A stretch of 64,000 nt of DNA from contig NC_092672.1 in the NCBI RefSeq assembly GCF_964355755.1, positions 16,815,237-16,879,236 of the forward strand, written 5' to 3'. The position numbers and the translations under genes are program-made. Positions 52,501-64,000 of the stretch are shown one piece after another; positions within the stretch are counted from its first letter, which is position 1; every line of letters starts with the position of its first letter. This DNA is from Antedon mediterranea (Eukaryota > Animalia > Echinodermata). The notes under the pieces are model-generated. The model made no database searches and was not told the DNA's origin. It worked only from the letters and a program-made list of their open reading frames with translations.

Positions 52501-55250
52501 CTGTGATTTTCGAAAAAACTTGTTAACATAAAAACATCAAAGTGCTTCAAATCACATTAGAAACCGTTTTAGACCATTTTGAGCATTTCGACAAAAAATT
52601 TTCACACAAAACAGCAAAGTGTACAGAATAGCTTCAAATCGTATTTGCAGACGTTTTAGACCTTTTTGAGATTTTCGAAAAAACTTGTTAACATAAAAAC
52701 ATCAAAGTGCTTCAAATCACATTAGAAACCGTTTTAGACCATTTTGAGCATTTCGACAAAAATTTTTCACACAAAACAGCAAAGTGTACAGAATAGCTTC
52801 AAATCGTATTTGGAGACGTTTTAGACCTTTTTGTGATTTTCGAAAAAACTTGTTAACATAAAAACACCAAAGTGCTTAGAATAGCTTCAAATCGCATTTG
52901 GAGACGTTTTAGACCATTTTTTGATTTTCGAAAAAACTTGTTAACATAAAAACACCAAAGTGCTTAGAATAGCTTCAAATCGCATTTTGAGACGTTTTAG
53001 ACCATTCTGTGATTTTCGAAAAAACTTGTTAACATAAAAACATCAAAGTGCTTAAAATCACATTAGAATCCGTTTTAGACCATTTTGAGCATTTCGATAA
53101 AACTTTTCAAACAAAAACATCAAAGAGCACAAAATAGCTTAATATCGTATTTAAAAACGTTTTTGACCATTTTGAGCATTTCGACAAAAAATTTTCACAC
53201 AAAACAGCAAAGTGCACAGAATAACTTCAAATCGCATTTGGAGACGTTTTAGACCATTTTGTGATTTTCGAAAAAACTTGTTAACATAAAAACACCAAAG
53301 TGCTTAGAATAGCTTCAAATCGCATTTTGAGTCGTTTTAGACCATGTTGTGATTTTCGAAAAAACTTGTTAAGATAAAAACATCAAAGTGTACACAATAG
53401 CTTCAAATCGCATTTGGAGACGTTTTAGACCTTTTTGTGATTTTCGAAAAAACTTGTTAACATAAAAACACCAAAGTGCTTAGAATAGCTTCAAATCGCA
53501 TTTGGAGACGTTTTAGACCATTTTTTAATTTTCGAAAAAACTTGTTAACATAAAAACATCAAAGTGCTTAAAATCACATTAGAAACCGTTTTATACCATT
53601 TTGAGCATTTCGATAAAACTTTTCAAACAAAAACATCAAAGAGCACAAAATAGCTTAATATCGTATTTAAAAACGTTTTTGACCATTTTGAGCATTTCGA
53701 CAAAAAATGTTCACACAAAACAGCAAAGTGCACAGAATAGCTTCAAATCGCATTTGGAGACGTTTTAGACCATTTTGTGATTTTCGAAAAAACTTGTTAA
53801 CATAAAAACACCAAAGTGCTAAGAATAGCTTCAAATCGCATTTGGAGACATTTTAGACCATTTTGTGATTTCCGAAAAAACTTGTTAAGATAAAAACATC
53901 AAAGTGTACAGAATAGCTTCAAATCGCATTCGGAGACGTTTTAGACCATTTTGTGATTTTCGAAAAAACTTGTTAACATAAAAACATCAAAGTGTACAGA
54001 ATAACTTCAAATCGCATTTGGAGACGTTTTAGACCATTTTGTGATTTTTGAAAAAACTTGTTAACATAAAAACACCAAAGTGCTTAGAATAGCTTCAAAT
54101 CGCATTTTGAGACATTTTATACCCTTTTGTGATTTTCGAAAAAACTTGTTAACATAAAAACACCAAAGTGCTTAGAATAGCTTCAAATCGCATTTTGAGA
54201 CATTTTAGACCCTTTTGTGATTTTCGAAAAAACTTGTTAACATAAAAATTCCAAAGTGCTAAGAATAGCTTCAAATCGCATTTGGAGACATTTTAGACGA
54301 CTTTGTGATTTTCGAAAAAACTTGTTAACATAAAAACATCAAAGTGCTTAAAATCACATTAGAAACCGTTTTAGACCATTTTGAGCATTTCGACAAAAAA
54401 TTTTCACACAAAACAGCAAAGTGTACAGAATAGCTTCAAATCGTATTTGGAGACGTTTTAGAGCTTTTTGTGATTTTCAAAAAAACTTGTTAACATAAAA
54501 ACACCAAAGTGCTTAGAATAGCTTCAAATCGCATTTGGAGACGTTTTAGACCATTTTTTGATTTTCGAAAAAACTTGTTACCATAAAAACACCAAAGTGC
54601 TTAGAATAGCTTCAAATCGCATTTTGAGACGTTTTAGACCATTCTGTGATTTTCGAAAAAACTTGTTAACATAAAAACATCAAAGTGCTTAAAATCACAT
54701 TAGAAACCGTTTTAGACCATTTTGAGCATTTCGATAAAACTTTTCACACAAAAACATCAAAGAGCACAAAATAGCTTAATATCGTATTTAAAAACGTTTT
54801 TGACCATTTTGAGCATTTAGACAAAAAATTTTCAAACAAAACAGCAAAGTGCACAGAATAACTTCAAATCGCATTTGGAGACGTTTTAGACCATTCTGTG
54901 ATTTTTCGAAAAAACTTGTTAACATAAAAACATCAAAGTGCTTAAAATCACATTAGAAACCGTTGTAGACCATTTTGAGCATTTCGATAAAACTTTTCAA
55001 ACAAAAACATTAAAGAGCACAAAATAGCTTAATATCGTATTTAAAAACGTTTTTGACCATTTTGAGCATTTCGACAAAAATTTTTCAAACAAAACAGCAA
55101 AGTGTACAGAATAGCTTCAAATCGTATTTGGAGACGTTTTAGACCTTTTTGTGATTTTCGAAAAAACTTGTTAACATAAAAACACCAAAGTGCTTAGAAT
55201 AGCTTCAAATCGCATTTGGAGACGTTTTAGACCATTTTTTGATTTTCGAA
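43600..55250. repeat. About 5-kb block duplication inside the array (about 43.6-48.6 kb copied to about 50.2-55.25 kb, offset 6635)
   Basis: Rare variants recur at offset 6635: TTAAAATTATATTTTTAG 44286/50921, GGGGAC 45081/51716, GCATTCGG 47291/53926, GAGCTTTT 47826/54461. CGTTGTAG at 48325/54961 has offset 6636 after a 1-bp insertion. Boundaries are approximate. Confidence 0.9.
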
Positions 55251-58200
55251 AAAACTTGTTAACATAAAAACACCAAAGTGCTTAGAATAGCTTCAAATCG
55301 CATTTTGAGACGTTTTAGACCATTCTGTGATTTTCGAAAAAACTTGTTAACATAAAAACATCAAAGTGCTTAAAATCACATTAGAATCCGTTTTAGACCA
55401 TTTTGAGCATTTCGATAAAACTTTTCAAACAAAAACATCAAAGAGCACAAAATAGCTTAATATCGTATTTAAAAACGTTTTTGACCATTTTGAGCATTTC
55501 GACAAAAAATTTTCACACAAAACAGCAAAGTGCACAGAATAACTTCAAATCGCATTTGGAGACGTTTTAGACCATTTTGTGATTTTCGAAAAAACTTGTT
55601 AACATAAAAACACCAAAGTGCTAAGAATAGCTTCAAATCGCATTTGGAGACATTTTAGACCATTTTGTGATTTTCGAAAAAACTTGGTAAGATAAAAACA
55701 TCAAAGTGTACACAATAGCTTCAAATCGCATTTGGAGACGCTTTAGAACATTTTGTGATTTTCGAAAAAACTTGTTAACATAAAAATTCCAAAGTGCTAA
55801 GAATAGCTTCAAATCGTATTTGGAGACGTTTTAGACCTTTTTGTGATTTTCGAAAAAACTTGTTAACATAAAAACACCAAAGTGCTTAGAATAGCTTCAA
55901 ATCGCATTTGGAGACGTTTTAGACCATTTTTTGATTTTCGAAAAAACTTGTTAACATAAAAACACCAAAGTGCTTAGAATAGCTTCAAATCGCATTTTGA
56001 GACGTTTTAGACCATTCTGTGATTTTCGAAAAAACTTGTTAACATAAAAACATCAAAGTGCTTAAAATCACATTAGAATCCGTTTTAGACCATTTTGAGC
56101 ATTTCGATAAAACTTTTCAAACAAAAACATCAAAGAGCACAAAATAGCTTAATATCGTATTTAAAAACGTTTTTGACCATTTTGAGCATTTCGACAAAAA
56201 ATTTTCACACAAAACAGCAAAGTGCACAGAATAACTTCAAATCGCATTTGGAGACGTTTTAGACCATTTTGTGATTTTCGAAAAAACTTGTTAACATAAA
56301 AACACCAAAGTGCTAAGAATAGCTTCAAATCGCATTTGGAGACATTTTAGACCATTTTGTGATTTTCGAAAAAACTTGTTAAGATAAAAACATCAAAGTG
56401 TACACAAAAGCTTCATATCGCATTTGGAGACGTTTTAGACCATTTTGTGATTTTCGAAAAAACTTGTTAACATAAAAATTCCAAAGTGCTAAGAATAGCT
56501 TCAAATCGCATTTGGAGACATTTTAGACCATTTTGTGATTTTCGAAAAAACTTGTTAACATAAAAACATCAAAGTGTACAGAATAGCTTCAAATCGCATT
56601 TGGAGACGTTTTAGACCCTTTTGTGATTTTCGAAAAAACTTGTTAACATAAAAACATCAAAGTGCTTAGAATAGCTTCAAATCGCATCTTGAGACGTTTT
56701 AGACCATTCTGTGATTTTCGAAAAAACTTGTTAACATAAAAACATCAAATTGCTTAAAATCACATTAGAAACCGTTTTAGACCATTTTGAGCATTTCGAT
56801 AAAACTTTTCACACAAAAACATTAAAGAGCACAAAATAGCTTAATATCGTATTTAAAAACGTTTTTGACCATTTTGAGCATTTCGACAAAAATTTTTCAC
56901 ACAAAACAGCAAAGTGTACAGAATAGCTTCAAATCGTATTTGGAGACGTTTTAGACCTTTTTGTGATTTTCGTAAAAACTTGTTAACATAAAAACACCAA
57001 AGTGCTTAGAATAGCTTCAAATCGCATTTTGAGACGTTTTAGACCATTCTGTGATTTTCGAAATACTTGTTAAGATAAAAACATCAAAGTGCTTAAAATC
57101 ACATTAGAAACCGTTTTAGACCATTTTGAGCATTTCGATAAAACTTTTCACACAAAAACATCAAAGAGCACAAAATAGCTTAATATCGTATTTAAAAACG
57201 TTTTTGACCATTTTGAGCATTTCGACAAAAAATGTTCAAACAAAACAGCAAAGTGCACAGAATAACTTCAAATCGCATTTGGAGACGTTTTAGACCATTT
57301 TGTGATTTTCGAAAAAACTTGTTAACATAAAAACACCAAAGTGCTTAGAATAGCTTCAAATCGCATTTGGAGACGTTTTAGACCATGTTGTGATTTTCAA
57401 AAAAACTTTTTAACATAAAAACACCAAAGTGCTTAGAATGGATTCAAATCGCATTTGGAGACATTTTAGACTGTTTTGTGATTTTCGAAAAAACTTAAGA
57501 TAAAAATATCAAAGTGCTTCAAATCACATTAGAAACCGTTTTAGACCATTTTGAGCATTTCGACTAAATTTTTTAACACAAAACAGCAAAGTGTACAGAA
57601 TAGCTTCAAATCGTATTTGGAGACGTTTTAGACCTTTTTGTGATTTTCGAAAAAACTTGTTAACATAAAAACACCAAAGTGCTTAGAATAGCTTCAAATC
57701 GCATTTTGAGACGTTTTAGACCATTCTGTGATTTTCGAAAAAACTTGTTAACATAAAAACATCAAAGTGCTTCAAATCACATTAGAAACCGTTTTAGACC
57801 ATTTTGAGCATTTCGACAAAAAAGTTTCACACAAAACAGCAAAGTGTACAGAATAGCTTCAAATCGTATTTGCAGACGTTTTAGACCTTTTTGAGATTTT
57901 CGAAAAAACTTGTTAACATAAAAACATCAAAGTGCTTCAAATCACATTAGAAACCGTTTTAGACCATTTTGAGCATTTCAACAAAAATTTTTCACACAAA
58001 ACAGCAAAGTGTACAGAATAGCTTCAAATCGTATTTGGAGACGTTTTAGACCTTTTTGTGATTTTCGAAAAAACTTGTTAACATAAAAACACCAAAGTGC
58101 TTAGAATAGCTTCAAATCGCATTTGGAGACGTTTTAGACCATTTTTTGATTTTCGAAAAAACTTGTTAACATAAAAACACCAAAGTGCTTAGAATGGCTT

Positions 58201-61200
58201 CAAATCGCATTTTGAGACGTTTTAGACCATTCTGTGATTTTCGAAAAAACTTGTTAACATAAAAACATCAAAGTGCTTAAAATCACATTAGAATCCGTTT
58301 TAGACCATTTTGAGCATTTCGATAAAACTTTTCAAACAAAAACATCAAAGAGCACAAAATAGCTTAATATCGTATTTAAAAACGTTTTTGACCATTTTGA
58401 GCATTTCGACAAAAAATTTTCACACAAAACAGCAAAGTGCACAGAATAACTTCAAATCGCATTTGGAGACGTTTTAGACCATTTTGTGATTTTCGAAAAA
58501 ACTTGTTAAGATAAAAACATCAAAGTGTACAGAATAGCTTCAAATCGCATTTGGAGACGTTTTAGACCATGTTGTGATTTTCGAAAAAACTTGTTAACAT
58601 AAAAACACCAAAGTGCTTAGAAGAGCTTCAAATCGCATTTTGAGGCATTTTAGACCCTTTTGTGATTTTCGAAAAAACTTGGTTACACAAAAACACCAAA
58701 GTGCTTAAAATAGCTTCAAATCGCATTTGGAGAAGTTTTAAACCATTTTGTGATTTTCGAAAAAACTTGTTAACATAAAAACATCAAAGTGTACAGAATA
58801 ACTTCAAATCGCATTTGGAGACGTTTTAGACCATTTTGTGATTTTTGAAAAAACTTGTTAACATAAAAAAACCAAAGTGCTTAGAATAGCTTCAAATCGC
58901 ATTTTGAGACATTTTACACCCTTTTGTGATTTTCGAAAAAAATTGTTAAAATAAAAACATCAAAGTGTACAGAATAGCTTCAAATCGCATTTGGAGACGT
59001 TTTAGACCATTTTGTGATTTTGAAAAAAACTTGTTAACATAAAAACACCAAAGAGCTTAGAATAGCTTCAAATCGCATTTTGAGACATTTTAGACCATTT
59101 TGTGATTTTGAAAAAAACTTATTAACATAAAATCACCAAAGAGCTTAGAATAGCTTCAAATCGCATTTTGAGACATTTTAGACCATTTTGTGATTTTCGA
59201 ATAAAACTTGTTAACATAAAAACACCAAAGTGCTTAGAATAGCTTCAAATCGCATTTTGAGACGTTTTAGACCCTTTTGTGATTTTCGAAAAAACTTGTT
59301 AACATAAAAACATCAAAGTGCTTAGAATCACATTAGAAACCGTTTTAGACCATTTTGAGCATTTCGATAAAACTTTTCACACAAAAACATCAAAGAGCAA
59401 AATAGCTTAATATCGTATTTAAAAACGTTTTTGACCATTTTGAGCATTTCGACAAAAATTTTTCACACAAAACAGCAAAGTGTACAGAATAGCTTCAAAT
59501 CGTAGTTGGAGACGTTTTAGACCTTTTTGTGATTTTCGAAAAAACTTGTTAACATAAAAACACAAAAGTGCTTAGAATAGCTTCAAATCGCATTTGGAGA
59601 CGTTTTACACCATTTTTTGATTTTCGAAAAAACTTGTTACCATAAAAACACCAAAGTGCTTAGAATAGCTTCAAATCGCATTTTGAGACGTTTTAGACCA
59701 TTCTGTGATTTTCGAAAAAACTTGTTAACATAAAAACATCAAAGTGCTTAAAATCACATTAGAAACCGTTTTAGACCATTTTGAGCATTTCGATAAAACT
59801 TTTCACACAAAAACATCAAAGAGCACAAAATAGCTTAATATCGTATTTAAAAACGTTTTTGACCATTTTGAGCATTTCGACAAAAAAATTTCACACAAAA
59901 CAGCAAAGTGCACAGAATAACTTCAAAGACCATTTTGTGATTTTCGAAAAAACTTGTTAACATAAAAACATCAAAGTGTACAGAATAGCTTCAAATCGCA
60001 TTTGGAGACGTTTTAGACCATTTTGTGATTTTCGAAAAAACTTGTTAACATAAAAACACCAAAGTGCTTAAAATCACATTAGAAACCGTTTTAGACCATT
60101 TTGAGCATTTCGATAAAACTTTTCACACAAAAACATCAAAGAGCACAAAATAGCTTAATATCGTATTTAAAAACGTTTTTGACCATTTTGAGCATTTCGA
60201 CAAAAAAATTTCAAACAAAACAGCAAAGTGCACAGAATAACTTCAAATCGCATTTGAAGACGTTTTAGACCATTTTGTGATTTTCGAAAAAACTTGTTAA
60301 CATAAAAACACCAAAGTGCTTAGAATAGCTTCAAATCGCATTTTGAGACATTTTAGACCCTTTTATGATTTTCGAAAAAACTTGGTTACACAAAAACACC
60401 ATTTGCTTAAAATAGCTTCAAATCGCATTTGGAAACATTTTAGACTATTTTGTGATTTTCGAAAAAACTTGTTAAGATAAAAACATCAAAGTGCTTCAAA
60501 TCACATTAGAAACCGTTTTAGACCATTTTGAGCATTTCGACAAAAAATTTTCACACAAAACAGCAAAGTGTACAGACTAGCTTCAAATCGTATTTGGAGA
60601 CGTTTTAGACCTTTTTGTGATTTTCGAAAAAACTTGTTAACATAAAAACACCAAAGTGCTAAGAATAGCTTCAAATCGCATTTGGAGACATTTTAGACCA
60701 TTTTGTGATTTTCGAAAAAACTTGTTAACATAAAAATATCAAAGTGCTTAAAATCACATTAGAAACCGTTTTAGACCATTTTGAGCATTTCGATAAAACT
60801 TTTCACACAAAAACATCAAAGAGCACAAAATAGCTTAATATCGTATTTAAAAACGTTTTTGACCATTTTGAGCATTTCGACAAAAAATTTTCACACAAAA
60901 CAGCAAAGTGCACAGAATAACTTCAAAGACCATTTTGTGATTTTCGAAAAAACTTGTTAACATAAAAACATCAAAGTGTACAGAATAGCTTCAAATCGCA
61001 TTTGGAGACGTTTTAGACCATTTTGTGATTTTCGAAAAAAATTGTTAACATAAAAACACCAAAGTGCTTAGAATAGCTTCAAATCGCATTTTGAGACATT
61101 TTAGACCCTTTTATGATTTTCGAAAAAACTTGGTTAAAAAAAATACCAAAGTGATTAAAATAGCTTCAAATCGCATTTGGAGACTTTTTAGACCATTTTG

Positions 61201-62819
61201 TGATTTCCGAAAAAACTTGTTAACATAAAAACATCAAAGTGTACAGAATAGCTTCAAATCGCAGTTGGAGACGTTTTAGATCATTTTGTGATTTTCGAAA
61301 AAACATGTTAACATAAAAACATCAAAGTGCTTAAAATCACATTAGAAACCGTTTTAGACCATTTTGAGCATTTCGATAAAACTTGTTAACATAAAAACAT
61401 CAAAGTGTACAGAATAGCTTCAAATTGCATTTGGAGACGTTTTAGACAATTTTGTGATTTTCGAAAAAACTTGTTAACATAAAAACATCAAAGTGCTTAA
61501 AATCACATTAGAAACCGTTTTAGACCATTTTGAGCATTTCGACAAAAAATTTTCACACAAAACAGCAAAGTGTACATAATAGCTTCAAATCGTATTTGGA
61601 GACGTTTTAGACCTTTTTGTTATTTTCGAAAAAACTTGTTAACATAAAAACACCAAAGTGCTTAGAATAGCTTCAAATCGCATTTGGAGACGTTTTAGAC
61701 CATTTTTTGATTTTCGAAAAAACTTGTTACCATAAAAACACCAATGTGCTTAGAATAGCTTCAAATCGCATTTTGAGACGTTTTAGACCATTCTGTGATT
61801 TTCGAAAAAACTTGTTAACATAAAAACATCAAAGTGCTTAAAATCACATTAGAAACCGTTTTAGACCATTTTGAGCATTTCGATAAAACTTTTCACACAA
61901 AAACATCAAAGAGCACAAAATAGCTTAATATCGTATTTAAAAACGTTTTTGACCATTTTGAGCATTTCGACAAAAAATTTTCAAACAAAACAGCAAAGTG
62001 CACAGAATAACTTCAAATCGCATTTGGAGACGTTTTAGACCATTCTGTGATTTTCGAAAAAACTTGTTAACATAAAAACATCAAAGTGCTTAAAATCACA
62101 TTAGAAACAGTTTTAGACCATTTTGAGCATTTCGATAAAACTTTTCACACAAAAACATTAAAGAGCACAAAATAGCTTAATATCGTATTTAAAAACGTTT
62201 TTGACCATTTTGAGCATTTCGACAAAAATTTTTCACACAAAACAGCAAAGTGTACAGAATAGCTTCAAATCGTATTTGGAGACGTTTTAGACCTTTTTGT
62301 GATTTTCGAAAAAAAATGTTAACATAAAAACACCAAAGTGCTTAGAATAGCTTCAAATCGCATTTGGAGACGTTTTAGACCATTTTTTGATTTTCGAAAA
62401 AACTTGTTACCATAAAAACACCAAAGTGCTTAGAATAGCTTCAAATCGCATTTTGAGACGTTTTAGACCATTCTGTGATTTTCAAAAAAACTTAACATAA
62501 AAACATCAAAGTGCTTAAAATCACATTAGAAACCGTTTTAGACCATTTTGAGCATTTCGATAAAACTTTTCACACAAAAACATCAAAGAGCACAAAATAG
62601 CTTAATATCGTATTTAAAAACGTTTTTGACCATTTTGAGCATTTCGACAAAAAATTTTCAAACAAAACAGCAAAGTGCACAGAATAACTTCAAAGACCAT
62701 TTTGTGATTTTCGAAAAAACTTGTTACCATAAAAACACCAAAGTGCTTAGAATAGCTTCAAATCGCATTTTGAGACGTTTTAGACCATTCTGTGATTTTC
62801 GAAAAAACTTGTTAACATA

Positions 62820-64000
62820 AAAACATCAAAGTGCTTAAAATCACATTAGAAACCGTTTTAGACCATTTTGAGCATTTCGATAAAACTTTTCACACAAAAA
62901 CATCAAAGAGCACAAAATAGCTTAATATCGTATTTAAAAACGTTTTTGACCATTTTGAGCATTTCGACAAAAAAATTTCACACAAAACAGCAAAGTGCAC
63001 AGAATAACTTCAAAGACCATTTTGTGAATTTCGAAAAAACTTGTTAACATAAAAACACCAAAGTGCTTAGAATAGCTTCAAATCGCATTTTGAGACATTT
63101 TAGACCCATTTGTGATTTTCGAAAAAACTTGGTTACACAAAAACACCAAAGTGCTTAAAATAGCTTCAAATCGCATTTGGAGACATTTTAGAATATTTTG
63201 TGAATTTCGAAAAAACTTAACATAAAAACATCAAAGTGCTTAAAATCACATTAGAAACCGTTTTAGACCATTTTGAGCATTTCGATAAAACTTTTCACAC
63301 AAAAACATCAAAGAGCACAAAATAGCTTAATATCGTATTTAAAAACGTTTTTGACCATTTTGAGCATTTCGACAAAAATTTTTCACACAAAACAGCAAAG
63401 TGTACAGAATAGCTTCAAATCGTATTTGGAGACGTTTTAGACCTTTTTGTGATTTTCGAAAAAACTTGTTAACATAAAAACACCAAAGTGCTAAGAATAG
63501 CTTCAAATCGCAATTGGAGATATTTTAGACCATTTTGTGTTTTTCGAAAAAACTTGTTAACATAAAAACATCAAAGTGCTTAAAATCACATTAGAAACCG
63601 TTTTAGACCATTTTGAGCATTTCGATAAAACTTTTCACACAAAAACATCAAAGAGCACAAAATAGCTTAATATCGTATTTAAAAACGTTTTTGACCATTT
63701 TGAGCATTTCGACAAAAAAATTTCACACAAAACAGCAAAGTGCACAGAATAACTTCAAAGACCATTTTGTGAATTTCGAAAAAACTTGTTAACATAAAAA
63801 CACCAAAGTGCTTAGAATAGCTTCAAATCGCATTTTGAGACATTTTAGACCCATTTGTGATTTTCGAAAAAACTTGGTTACACAAAAACACCAAAGTGCT
63901 TAAAATAGCTTCAAATCGCATTTGGAGACATTTTAGAATATTTTGTGAATTTCGAAAAAACTTAACATAAAAACATCAAAGTGCTTAAAATCACATTAGA
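62820..64000. repeat. Local higher-order tandem duplication, offset 745 bp
   Basis: CAAAGACCATTTTGTGAATT at 63011/63756 and TAGACCCATT at 63101/63846. Confidence 0.8.

Larger units (their letters stand above)
36806..64000. repeat. Tandem satellite array, same family, right arm
   Basis: The array resumes in register at TTAAAGAGCACAAAATAGC (36806 onward, start of a C-type monomer) and runs to the window end in the same orientation. Confidence 0.99.

Noticed and set aside
1-64000. CRISPR array (regular repeats with short palindromes)
   Set aside because: There are no unique spacers: the entire unit is repeated. There are also no cas genes or leader sequence.
1-64000. Monomer variant order as an information-encoding or programmed diversification system
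   Set aside because: The variant order is explained by ordinary block duplication and recombination, with shared rare variants at constant offsets. No enzyme gene or independent evidence supports a coding role.

Overview
Eukaryotic (probably animal) satellite DNA. About 63 of the 64 kb is one head-to-tail array of an AT-rich 88-bp monomer (28/88 GC in the first copy; roughly 740 monomers) with no inversions seen. It is built from a few subtypes (A 88 bp, B 77 bp, C 87 bp, D 88 bp, and a 77-bp B/C fusion) in a loosely ordered B-C-D-(A)n pattern, overlaid by 0.7-8 kb block duplications. The only non-satellite sequence is a 1012-bp non-autonomous DNA transposon at 35794-36805, with a TTAA target-site duplication and 11-bp perfect AGGAAAGGAAC terminal inverted repeats (Kolobok/T2-MITE type). 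It carries a decayed Cys-rich ORF on the minus strand that the ORF track missed (EPEYTEREL...WCTFGQC, resembling KolX / P2X7-ballast-type proteins), mirror-symmetric subterminal YY1-like and CRE motifs, and CCAAT and NRF1-like motifs. I found no intact gene, RNA gene or CRISPR array, and the listed ORFs look spurious. I cannot claim a new biological system; the element and the satellite architecture are the best leads. All coordinates and offsets were counted by hand.
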